DNA from: Eledone cirrhosa
Lineage: Eukaryota
Direction of reading: 5' to 3'
Length of the DNA stretch: 64,000 nucleotides
Assembly: GCA_964016885.1 (NCBI GenBank)
Contig: OZ024756.1
Coordinates: forward strand, 14,136,001-14,200,000
The translations under genes and the position numbers were made by a program. The notes under the pieces were generated by a model. It ran no database searches, had not been told where the DNA came from, and worked only from the letters and a program-made list of their open reading frames with translations. Positions 52,465 through 64,000 of this stretch are shown piece by piece; the first letter of the stretch is position 1; each line of letters opens with the position of its first letter.

Positions 52465-52660
52465 AGAAAGTGAGGTTTTTTTTACAAAATGAAAAATAAC
52501 CGAGGTGTCCTACACGAGTGAAAGTATAAAGAAAAGAAGATGAAATCGAAAATGCAACTGGAGTCTTTAAAAAAAATATATATATATTTATTTGGTTCCT
52601 TTACCGGTTTCGCAGTTCTTCTGCTTTTCAAAAGTAGAGTTGAGATGGAGGGTCTGTGGT
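52465..52660 (-). mobile_element. Solo pLTR of the Penelope-like element at 59445-60963
   Basis: Reverse complement aligns with 60783-60963; flanked by (TA)n/(CT)n. Confidence 0.75.
52599..52634 (-). ncRNA. Hammerhead ribozyme, U3-A8 core variant
   Basis: CUU-UUGAAAA-GCAG(AAGAA)CUGC-GAAA-CCGG-U-A-AAG; palindromic ACCGGU stem III. Confidence 0.68.
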
Positions 52661-52669
52661 CTCTCTCTC

Positions 52670-52723
<54 letters not shown>

Positions 52724-52748
52724 AGTCTAGTACCGGGGTTGGTTCTTC

Positions 52749-52802
<54 letters not shown>

Positions 52803-53129
52803 GAAGAACCAACCCCGGTACTAGACTGGTACTTTTTTTATCGACTTCGAAAGGATGAAAGGCAACAGGATTTGAAGTGAGAGAGCAGAGGGCCGAAACG
52901 AATACTGCAAACCATTTTATTCCAAGTTCTAACGACTCTGCCATTTAGCTGCTTTCTTTAAAAAAATGTATTCTTTTTTAAAATATGTTTTAAAAGGACT
53001 TTCGGGAATCTTTTAGATGAGAATTTCATTCGAACTGTTGGTGTTGCTATTTAAAATGTTTTTATTTCTATTTCATTTTAAATGATTCTTTTCATTTTAA
53101 ATGATTCTTTTCATTCCAGCATTTTGTTG

Positions 53130-53445
53130 AAAGATGGGTGAGAGAAGCAAGAATGGCCCGAGTGAATGGGCCTACGCTGAGTATATATCTGTAAATTAAA
53201 GGTGGAAAACTGGGAGAGGGCACTTGCCTTGGTGGTCAGGGTCACTGTGGCCTTTTACTGGGCTTTCTCCACAAATGTCCCTCCGAAGTCTCCCCCCTAT
53301 TGGGGAACTTCTCATTGTTATTTTTTTGTTACATCCTCTGTTTTTGTTTTTTACACGCAGAAATGCCCATTTGTACCGTCCTGTATTGTCCTGCACTGTC
53401 CTTAATGTCTACTTTATGTAAACCCTTGTGGTTAATAAAGAAATC
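53130..53445 (+). mobile_element. Probable 3' end of a non-LTR retroelement (L1/Tx1-like, tentative)
   Basis: Short ORF end RWVREARMARVNG followed by a T-rich UTR, AATAAA and (TA)n. Confidence 0.35.
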
Positions 53446-53469
53446 ATCATATATATATATATTTATTAC

Positions 53470-53880
53470 TCTCCAACTACCGGTCGCTCTCCGACAGGTT
53501 GGTAGCCGACCCTCTAGCAGTGGAGCCCTCTGGTGTCCTTGGCTCTAGGGTCGACTCCCTACTCACCACCATAGGCGCTGAGCTGGCCAGCCGCAGGTGT
53601 GAGCCTCGCGAGCTGGAATGTCTCTTCCAGCGCATCTCCCTTACCCTCCTCCAGGGAAACGGCTTTTCTATTCTGTCCGCCCGGGGGTCGTAGGGCAGCC
53701 AGCACGTGGGCCCCCATTTGCTTATAACAGTGAGAGATGGGAAGGGCGCGAGAGACGGAGGCAGTGACAGTGGGAGTTTGGTTCCTCTGTGTTTCGGACA
53801 TGGTGTACATGTGTGTGTAAATTTTACACTATCGACCCTTTCCTTTCCTCTTTCCTTGTAACCATTCACTGGCGACATCT
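53470..53880 (+). mobile_element. 3' fragment of CRE-like non-LTR element
   Basis: GC-rich ORF end PLAVEPSGVLG...IGAELASRRCEPRELECLFQRISLTLLQGNGFSIL* resembles CRE-clade endonuclease C-termini (PLAVE..G..G / LFQRIS....GN). Confidence 0.6.
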
Positions 53881-54069
53881 TTATTTTTTTTTTCTTATTT
53901 AGAAATGTTTTCGTTCTAAGTTTCCTTTGATGATATTTTCTTTATATTTTAGAACTTGTTTCATCCTCTCTACTAGGAGAAAAAAATGAAAACTTTTATT
54001 TTTCAACTTGAGTTGTTTCTCTTTAAAGTAAAAAAATCCTGCAGACGTTATTTTTATAGATGAGTTACT

Positions 54070-54330
54070 CCCCCGATATTACGGACATATGATCAGAATG
54101 TCTCAGTAAAGAATCGCGAGACAGATTTTACGGTGAAAACCAGCCGACAGGATACCCAGGGGGTAGATCCCAAGCAAGTGGCTTGGATAACATCCATGAG
54201 TTTGGCTGGTCTCGGCTGGGGATCCAGCTAGATTAATTGGAGATGATTGCTTCTGACATGGCTCTATGGAAAGCGCGTTTGAAGACTCTACCCCCGACAA
54301 TCGTCCTAGGAACAGATGGGTGATAAAGAA
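54070..54330 (+). mobile_element. 3' fragment of another RTE-like LINE
   Basis: RYYGHMIRM...RIARQIL...PRG...KW remnants. Confidence 0.5.
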
Positions 54331-55269
54331 GAGTTACTTCCCCTCAGTGAAAAATAGGAAATTAATTTTTATATTTGAGTTACTTCCCCTATAGGAACAA
54401 ACTGAAAAATGTTTTATTTGTTGTTAAAGTGAAAACATTCTTTTCGTAATTGAGTTATTTCCCTTGAGAGAGAGAGGGGGGAGGGAGAGAGAGATACGGA
54501 GGGGGGGGGGGATATTTTCGTTTCTTAGAAGAAACATTTTAAGGTTGAAGTTTTAAAAATGTCGTTTCTTAGTTCAAATGAGAACGTTTAGTATCTTTTC
54601 GTTTTTTTCTTTCTCGTAGAGGAAAACGAAATGAATAAATATATCGATTAAGCCCCTGACCAAGATAGAACCCATACATACATACACACACATACAGCCA
54701 CACATACATATACACACCCGCATACATATATACATGATGGCTGCAACTAGATTTCGAGAAATGCCATCGCTTGATACTTTAGCATTAGCATCAAGGACCT
54801 GACTTTTAGTCCTGGCATAGACTTGCCCATGGCTAGCAATGCCATGCATCGCAAAAAATGTCACATATCAAGCGATGCCTGTGCTTGAAGCTTTTCTGAG
54901 TGAGGAAAGGCTTTACACGGAGCGAATCCCACTCTCTGAATATCGAGTGCATTTGCCTCAAAAGAAGAACTGGTCTACATCATTGGATGCAAACGAAGTG
55001 GCAGGTTTTATATCAGAGTGACCTTCTCCTAAAGAGATGTCTTAATGAAGACTAGGAGTTTCTCGCTCCACAAAAAAACTACTTTTAGAGACGGATACAA
55101 ATGAACAGAGGTATATAAGAGAAATCGAACCTAGTATCTCTCTGATAACCTGCGAATATAATACCATCACAATAAAGGTCGATTGATACTGCTCCCTGTG
55201 TTCTATAGGATGCTATATATATATATATATATAGTAATAATAATTAGGAAGACACAAATCAGAAGAGGG

Positions 55270-55304
<35 letters not shown>

Positions 55305-55308
<4 letters not shown>

Positions 55309-55609
55309 TTTAGCGAGGTTTTTTATATGAAATCGTGTGTCGAAACAAATATTGTTATACTTGGGGAGGGTCATATTTGTGTAATATTGCCAGAATTAAT
55401 AACAGAACACACTCACTGTTTGGTTGGTTTTCGCTTCTCGCTGTCTTTTATATCTGCGATCTAACTTAATCGGTCCCCAATGTTGCCATTGACTGACCGA
55501 TTAAGTTAGATCGCAGATATAAAAGACAGCGAGAAGCGAAAACCAACCAAACAGTGAGTGTGTTCTGTTATTAATTCTGGCAATATTACACAAATATGAC
55601 CCTCCCCAA

Positions 55610-55615
<6 letters not shown>
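55305..55615. repeat. Fold-back element between (TA)n tracts
   Basis: ~120-bp apparently perfect inverted arms (~55356-55475 / ~55495-55614) with a ~19-nt loop; a related degenerate fold-back lies at ~56310-56600. Confidence 0.85.
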
Positions 55616-55664
<49 letters not shown>

Positions 55665-56222
55665 CATATTGTGAGTTCAAATCCCGTCAACGTCAACTTT
55701 GCCTTTCACCCTTTCGAGGTCGATAAAAGTAGCAGTCTAGTAATGGCATCGATTACTCCTCCAATATTTCTTTCTCATTTCCTCTCTCTCACTTTCTATC
55801 CTTCTCTGGAAGAAATCTGCTGTACTCAGACTTGAAGAGGGATGGGCTCCACCAGGCTTAAAAACAAATGCCCTAGAAACGCCGGCCCTACGATTCCATC
55901 AGGAATTACGGAACCATACATACATACATACATACATACATACATACATACACGTATTTATATATACATAATATATATATTTGTATATATTAAATATAAT
56001 GTATGTATATACAATGTAAATATACTATATATATATATATATTAACGTATATTTATTATATTATTATATATTTAGAAATGACTTCTACAAAACTAGAACT
56101 GTTTCATTCTTATGAAATCATCAGGAATATCATTTCTATATAATAAAGATACCTATCTATACCAATGTAATGAGTACCCTTTTTAACTGTGGTTATCCCA
56201 CGACACAACTCGTGATTCTACT

Positions 56223-56311
<89 letters not shown>

Positions 56312-57517
56312 TGTTATTCTTTGGGAGGGTCATGCTGCCAGTAAAAACACACGCATCAGTTGAGTTTCACAATTTATTATAATTGGTTAAGAATGAAAGA
56401 GCTTTGACGATTAACAACTAAACAACCATCTGTTTATTAAATTAACCAACTAAACTTAGTTACTTAACCAATAATAATAAATTGAAGTGAAAATGAACTG
56501 ATGCGTGTGTTTTATTGGCAACATGACCCTAGCAAACTATAACAATATCTGTTTCAACATCATTTTTCACATAAAAAATTTTGTTAAATCCAATACAACA
56601 AAGAAGTGTATATACATATTTTATATACTTTCAAGGAGGACGCTTAGTTCACTTATATTATATTACAAAAATACGCTCATTATGAGGGGTGAACGAGAAT
56701 AAAGTTAGAATTACACACACACACACACACACATACATACACATACATATATATATTCTCTCTCTCACACACACACATATATTCTCTCTCACACACATAT
56801 ACACACACACATATATATATTCTCTCTCACACACATACATACACACACACACACATATATATATACACATATATTCTCTCTCTCACACACACACACATAT
56901 ATTCTCTCTCACACACACACACACATATATTCTCTCTCACACACACACACATATATACTCTCTCTCACACACATACATACACACACATATATATGTACAC
57001 ACATATTCTCTCTCACACACAGACACACACACATATATTCTCTCTCACACACACATACACACACACATACATACATACACATATATATATATACACACAC
57101 ATATATATACACACACACACATATATATATACAGACACAAAAAAACCCCTATCCACATACACACACTCACACCATGGAAAAAACCATAGACTTTATTATA
57201 GTATGGTATCATATTTAAACACTATCTTCTGTTGCCTGCATCAGAAGATATAACTGTGTTTTCTACTGCAGTGTGGAATGGCTCTCTGCCAAAAGATAAG
57301 GAAGTAGAATATCTTCTCATTCTTACATAAATATCACAACAAATATTCTTCGCTAACAACCAAAAATTCTTGCTGTATTGCTGATCGCATTTTTAGCTTC
57401 AAGCCACCGTACAATTCTTCCAGAATATACGGTAATTATTAAAAGTGTTGCTGTAATTATTATTCAATGCTGTTCTAATTAAGCAGTGTGGGATTAATAA
57501 TAATTGTCATTATTACA

Positions 57518-58280
57518 GATGGATTGGCAGTATCGGTAGAGAGTCGGACGCCATGCTTTCCAGCATAGTTTCGTCCCTTTACAGTCTGAGTTCAAATCCC
57601 GCCGAAGTTGACTTTGCCTTTCATCCTTACGGGGGTCGATAAAATAAAGTACCAGTAATGCACTGGGTAATTGCTGGCCTTGTGCCTAAAGTAGAAACAA
57701 TTATTACAGATGTTATTTAGAGCGGTAGTTTGGCAGTAATCGGTTGAGCGTCTGACGCCATGCTTTTGACGCATAGAGTTACGTCCCTTTATGATCTGTG
57801 TTTAAATCCCGCCGAGGTTAACTTTGCCTTTCATCCTTACTAGGACGATAAAATAAAGTACCAGTAATACACTGGGGTAATAGCTGGCCTTGTGCCTAAA
57901 ATAGAAACAATATTACAGATGTTATTTAGAGCAGTAGTTTGAGAGTAATCGGTTGAGCGTCTGACGCCATGCTTTGCAGCATATAGTTACGTCCCGTTAC
58001 ATTCTGTGTCTAAATCCTGCCGAGGTTTGCTTTGCTTTTCATCCTTTCCTCTCCCGCCAAAGTTGTTGGCCTTGAGCCTAAATCATACACCATTATTATT
58101 ATTTTAGGGATTGGCAGTATCGGTAGAGGGTCGGACGCCATGCTTTGCCCTTTATGGTCTGAGTTCAAATCCCGCCGAGGTTAACTTTGCCTTCCATCCT
58201 TACGGGGTCGATAAAATAAAGTACCAGTAATACACTGGGATAATTGCTGGCCTTGTGCCAAAAGTAGAAACAATTATTAT
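57518..58280 (+). mobile_element. Four head-to-tail SINE family B copies
   Basis: Repeated GGCAGTATCGGTAGAG...TCAAATCCCGCCGAGG...GTAGAAACAA units; more diverged relatives follow to ~58760. Confidence 0.85.
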
Positions 58281-59444
58281 TATTTTAGCACAATTGTGTT
58301 ATTCGATGTAAGGCGGCGAATTAATAGAGTCGTTAAAACGTCGGGTGGAATGTTTTGAGGCTCTCTACTCTCTCATTTCAAATCTCGCCGAGGTCAACTT
58401 TGCCTTTCATCCTTTCGAAATCGATAAAAAAAAAATACCAGTCTAGTACTGGGGTCGATTCTTCCTCTATATCTCACTCTCACTTCCATTCTCTCACTTT
58501 CTATCTTTCTCTGGAAGAAATCTCCTTTTTTTCAGGCCAGGTTTAAAAAAAAATGCCCTAGAAACGCTGTATGTCGATACATCACTCCTACGACCCCCCC
58601 CCCCCCCAGGTTACGGGACCCTACAATTCAACACAAAGAAGGCGAATTAGCAGGGTCAGATCGACGGATAAAATGCATTCTCGTATCTCATTACGGCTCT
58701 CTATGTTCTGGTGTCAAATCCTACTCAGTTTCATTTTGCATTCCAGCCTACCGAGGTTGATTTAATCGATACCCACCCCGCCCCACCCCATACACAAATT
58801 GCTAGCCTCTTGCTCCCTTACAAATGTTATAAGGGACAATATCCTAAACCTCATTCGCTTACCGAATGGGGAGGAACTTGTCATATCGGACCAACGAAAC
58901 AATGTTTCCGTTGGTCTTTCCAATTGCTGATACTATCTACTGGTCGAAACTCTTGGCAAAAAGACCGACTTGAAATAAAGTGTCTTGCTCAAGGACATAA
59001 CGCATCGTCTGGTCCGGGAATCGAACTCGCAACCTCACAATTGCGAATCCAATTCTCTAACCACTAAGTCACGCGCCTTACACAAGTGTTACGACAGACG
59101 TTGTGGAGTGTGGTAGTAGAAATGACAGAGAGCTGAACCGAATCTATTATTTCAATATTAGCATAATACCGGTATCTGCCTGTCAGTAACCGCAACAGAT
59201 GGGGCCTCCTAGATAGTGGAACCTTTCTCACTTCCCACAAGAAACGAAGGAATGTTTGCACGCCCCAGTCAGGTCAGATGTCTCCTATGCATGCCAATAT
59301 CCAGTAACACGTGTGTGCGTGCGTGCGTGCGTGCGTGCGCGTGTGTGTGTGTTCCGAAGAGATCGTTTTGGTAAAAGCAGGAGAAAGCTCTCAACATTCG
59401 TAATAGATAGTGGAAGCAATAAACGGAACCAATGCCAAATTACC

Positions 59445-60959
59445 TAACCCTAACCCACAACCAGCTGTCAAAAAATGTGATCGCTCTAATTGCGGACTTG
59501 CGCTCACCTCATTGAAGGCACCCTGTATACATTTCAATCAGGACAAAATTTTGTTGTAAAAAAATCACTTTACTTGCTCATCAAAGAATTTAATTTATGC
59601 CATTAAATGCAAAGGATGCAATGAAGATTATATAGGACAAACTAAACTCACACTCAGAAACATAATGACAATTCATCGCCAACAATTACGAGACCCTACC
59701 ACAAGACAGAAACCACTCAGTGCGATTAGACACCCAAATTCCAAGTCTTCCCATTTTATCTTTGCGCTGACAATACAACAGAACAAATACGAATAAATAA
59801 GTAAAAATATGTTTATTCAAAAATATAGACCAGCATTAAATATAGTTTAATATACATTATGTTAACACCATAACATTCTAACCATCCAAACAGACACATA
59901 CACACATACACACACATAACACCTATATTCGAAAATAAAAGCCAGAGCTAAATAAACCTTAACATACGTTAATACTCTAACACCTTAACATGCTAACCAT
60001 ACCCCCCCCACCACACATAACTCCCTTCCTCATTTCTACTAACGGAATCATTTTCCTACACACACACACAAATATATATTCTCTCCATCTTAACATGCTA
60101 ACCATACTCTCACACACACATACACACACATATAACACCCATACACACACATAACTCTCTCCCCCATTTCTACTAATAGAACCATTTTCCTACACACACA
60201 CACACAAATAAAATATATATCTCTACTTTCTTTATTTCAATAGAAAGTCTGAATTGACACCTCAGCACATCAGCCATACTTACTGAACCAGAACAATTCT
60301 TCCCAGCCCTTTTTTTCTAGACCATTATCTTTTGTTTGGCACAATATTCTCTAAATGGCTACAAAGAACTCCCAAATACGAACTGGCGCGAAATGTAATG
60401 TACTTATTCACGTGACAGTCATAACCAATCAAATTACATTTATAAAAAAACAACTTATTTGAGCCACTTTTTTAAGTGAAAAGAACCCTCAAACACGAAC
60501 TGGCACGAAAGTTGATATGCTTATTCACGTGACTGCATCAACCAACCAAATTTCACTCATATATGAAAAAAACAATCTGAGCCCCCCCCCCCCCCCCCCC
60601 TCCTAAAGGCAAATATAATAAGAACTTTGTAACGCGAACTGGCGCGAAATTTATTATACTTTTTCACGTGACAGTCATCAACCAACCAAATTACTTTTCA
60701 AAAAAAAAAACCTAGCATTTCGAGCCACTTTTTTCCACATAAAACAGAAGTAACATTCGAACACCAACCAGATGCGAGAAAAACCACAAACCCTCCATCT
60801 CAATTCTACTTTTGAAAAGCATAAGAAGGGTGAAACCGGTAAAGGAACCAAATAAATATTCTTAAAAAGACTCCTGTTGCATTTTCGATTTCATCTTTTT
60901 ACCTTATACTTTCACTCGTGTAGGTCATCTCGTGTTTTTTCATTTTGGAAAAAACCCTC

Positions 60960-60963
<4 letters not shown>
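59445..60963 (+). mobile_element. 5'-truncated Penelope-like element: Cys-rich linker, GIY-YIG endonuclease, 3' region and pLTR
   Basis: KCDRSNCG/TCAHL, then HFTCSSKNLIYAIKCKGCNEDYIGQTKLTLRNIMTIHRQQLRDP (59566-59697), a GIY-YIG motif. Frameshifted; ends in a pLTR abutting (TA)n. Confidence 0.8.
60809..60844 (+). ncRNA. Hammerhead U3-A8 variant, partly decayed stem II
   Basis: CUU-UUGAAAA-GCAU(AAGAA)GGGU-GAAA-CCGG-U-A-AAG; same family as 52599-52634. Confidence 0.55.
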
Positions 60964-61000
<37 letters not shown>

Positions 61001-61310
61001 TATATATATGCATATATATATATATGCATATATATATGCATGTATATATGCATATATATATATGCATATATATGTATATATATATATATATACATATATG
61101 CATATATATATAATATATATATACATATATGCATATATATATATACATGCATATATATATGTATATAAATATAAATATATATGTATATATATATATATTT
61201 TAAGTTTTCATTCATTTTAAGTTTTCAAAATGCAACCGATGTCTTCCAAAAGTAACGGTTGCATTTTGAAAGGGTACGTCAATGTTTATTTATAAAACTG
61301 GTATATATTG

Positions 61311-61375
61311 TATTTTGTCTGATGAAAGCACACCATAATTTAACATGGTATCCTTGAAATATGTATAATGAAATA
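61311..61375 (+). ncRNA. Hammerhead ribozyme (family H1)
   Basis: UAUUUUGU-CUGAUGA-AAG..ACCAU(loop)AUGGU..CUU-GAAA-UAUGUA-U-A-AUGAAAUA. Both stem I substitutions give G-U pairs. Confidence 0.72.
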
Positions 61376-61502
61376 GATATGGTTTTATAAATATACTTTC
61401 CATTTGTTAATATCGTATATTTACGCCAATTACTTGTCGAGTGCTTTATATCAGTTATAAAAGTGTTTGCTTGTTGTATCCCAACAATTTAAATAGAACT
61501 TT

Positions 61503-61632
<130 letters not shown>

Positions 61633-61719
61633 TTTTATTTTTGCTGGACCGGCAATCGCTCTGAAATAATCAGTTCCTGATTATTACAGGAATTCTATAA
61701 GAATCCAGCCTCTATAATA

Positions 61720-63181
61720 GATAGTGAGTGGGTGAGAGGGAGATAGAGAAAGATAGATAGACAGACGGAGAGTGAGAGAGAGTGGAGTAGATAGCAAGTG
61801 GGTGAGAGTGAGAGAGGGGGGGGGTAGATAGCGAGTGGGTGAGAGTGAGAGAGGAGAAGGTAGATAGCGAGTGGGTGAGAGTGAGAGAAGGGGTAGATAG
61901 CGAGTGGGTGAGAGGGAGATAAAGATAGATAGATAGGTAGGTACATAGAGAGAGTGAGAGAGAGAGAGAGAGAGAGTGAGAGAGAGAGTGAGAGAGTGAG
62001 AGAGAGAGAGAGAGTGAGAGAGAGAGAGAGTGAGAGAGAGTGAGAGAGTGAGAGAATGAGAGAGAGAGTGAGAGAGTGAGAGAGAGTCGAAAAAAATATA
62101 AAGAGATAGATAGCGAGAGAGAGAGAGTGGGGGAAATAGAGATAGAGTGAGAGGGAGAGAGTGGGGGAGAGGGTGGGGGAGAGAGTGGGAGAGAGAGGGT
62201 GGGGGAGAGATTGGGGGAAATGGAGGGTGGGAGGAGATAGAGATATAGTGTAGGAGAGAATATGTGATAGAATAAGAGAGAGGGGATATAAAGAGAACGG
62301 GGGAGGTAAAGAGAAAGAGAGGTAAAGAGAAAGAGAGGTAAAGAGAAAGAGAGGTAAAGAGAAAGAGAGGTAAAGAGGAAGAGAGGTAAAGAGAAAGAGA
62401 GGTAAAGAGGAAGAGAGGTAAAGAGAAAGAGAGGTAAAGAGGAAGAGAGGTGGAGTTAGAGAGAGATAGTTATGAGAAAGAGAGAGGAAAGAGGAGCAAG
62501 TAAGATAATTTAAGAAAGAGATAGAATGTAAGAGACAGAGAGAGGGAGAGAGAGAGAGGAGGGAGAGAGAGAAGAGGGAGAGAGAGAGAGAGATGAGAGA
62601 GAAAAGGAGCGAGAGAGAGAAGAGAGAGAGAGATGAGAGAGAAAAGGAGGAAGCGGTAGAGAGAAAAGGAGGAAGAGGTAGAGAGAAGAGAGAGAGAGAG
62701 AGAGGAGAGAGATAGAGAGAGATAGAGAGAGAAGAGGTATAGAGAGAAGAGAAAGAGATAGAAGAGGGAGAGAGAGAGAAAAGAGAGAAGGGGGAGAGAG
62801 AGAAATGAGAGAGATGAGAGAGAGAGGAGGGAGAGATAGATAGAGGGAGGGAGAGAGAGAGGGAGAGAGGGATGAGAGATTGAGAGAGAGAAGAAGGAGA
62901 TGGGAGAGAAATGAGAGAAATGAGAGAGAGATGAGAGAGAAAAGGAGGAAGAGGTAGTGAGAAGAGAGAAAGAGAGAGAGAGAGAGAAGAGGGAGAGAGA
63001 GAGAGAGATGAGAGAGAAAAGGAGGAAGAGGTAGAGAGAAGAGGGAGAGAGAGAGGAGGGAGAGAGAGAGATGAGAGAGAAAAGGAGGAAGAGGTAGAAA
63101 GAAGAGAGAGATAGACATAGAGAGAGAGAGAAGAGGGAGAGAGAGAGGGATGAGAGATAAGAGAGAGAGAGAGGCATGAGA

Positions 63182-63221
<40 letters not shown>

Positions 63222-63322
63222 GAGATGAGAGAGAGGCATGAGAGATGAGAGAGAGAGAGATGAGAGATGAGAGATGAGAGAGAGGCATGAGAGATGAGAG
63301 AGAGAGAGATGAGAGAGAGAGG
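61720..63322. repeat. Long polypurine (GA-rich) low-complexity tract
   Basis: Mosaic of (GA)n, (GAGAGT)n, AAAGAGAGGT and GAGAT units. Confidence 0.92.
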
Positions 63323-63420
63323 TACATAAAGCATCCAATTTCTAATTGTTGGCAACATGGCAGCCAACAGTAGGATGTCGCTTATTTTGGTTCGAAATTT
63401 TACTGGTTTGAGTCACTGAC

Positions 63421-64000
63421 TGGTGATGGTGGTGGTGGTGGTGGTGGTGGTGATGGTGGTGGTAGTGGAGGTGGTGGTGGTGGTGGTAGAGGTGGTGGTG
63501 GTGGTGGTGGTGGTAGTGGTGGTGGTGGTGGTGGTGGTGGTGGTGGTTGTGGTGGTAGTGGAGGTGGTGGTGGTGGTAGAGGTGGTGGTGGTGGTGGTGG
63601 TGGTTGTGGTGGTGGTGGTGGTGGTAGAGGTGGTGGTGGTGGTAGTGGTGGTGGTGGTGGTAGTGGTGGTGGTGGTAATGGTGGTGGTGGTTGTGGTGGT
63701 GGTAGTGGTGGTAGTGGTGGTAGTGGTGGTGGTGGTGGTGGTGGTGGTGGTAGTGGTAGTGGCGGTGATGGTGGTGGTGGTGATGGTGATGGTGGTAGAG
63801 GTGGTGGTGGTGGTGGTGGTGGTGGTGGTGGGGGTGGTGGTTGTGGTGGTGGTGGTGGTAGTGGTGGTGATGGTGGTGGTAGTGGTGGTGGTGGTGATGG
63901 TGGTAGAGGTGGTGGTGGTGGTTGTGGTGGTAGTGGTGGTGGTTGTGGTGGTAGTGGTGGTGGTGGTGGTAGAGGTGGTGATGGTGGTGGTGGTGGTGAT
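63421..64000. repeat. (GGT)n imperfect microsatellite
   Basis: Read directly; runs off the end of the window. Confidence 0.95.

Noticed and set aside
61695-63367. Long Ser/Leu-rich ORFs (547, 285, 285 aa) and the 354-aa ORF at 47608-48672
   Set aside because: These are translations of CT-rich low-complexity strands, open in several frames, with no domain signal.

Overview
Repeat-rich eukaryotic DNA. The SINE/RTE/microsatellite landscape suggests a coleoid cephalopod such as Octopus (inference). One host gene is supportable: a minus-strand BCL11/CTIP-related zinc-finger gene with three phase-compatible exons (30790-30912 CCHC finger; 12614-14128 BCL11-type C2H2 finger, low-complexity linker and a second C2H2 finger; 2607-2690 third C2H2 finger). 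Its first and last exons were not found. The intron between the first two exons is ~96% filled by a ~16 kb array of ~307 copies of a 52-bp unit. The rest is decayed RTE-clade LINEs (carrying a PHD-like finger), two tRNA-derived SINE families, fragments of Penelope-like (GIY-YIG), R4/Dong, CRE and CR1 elements, MITEs and simple repeats. The most notable unannotated layer is about a dozen hammerhead-ribozyme motifs from at least 6 unrelated sequence families. Most sit in fold-back insertions at (TA)n tracts, and they include a U3-A8 core variant tied to the GIY-YIG element, a variant with an extra helix, and variants with an enlarged stem II. All structures were paired by eye; no searches or folding programs were run.
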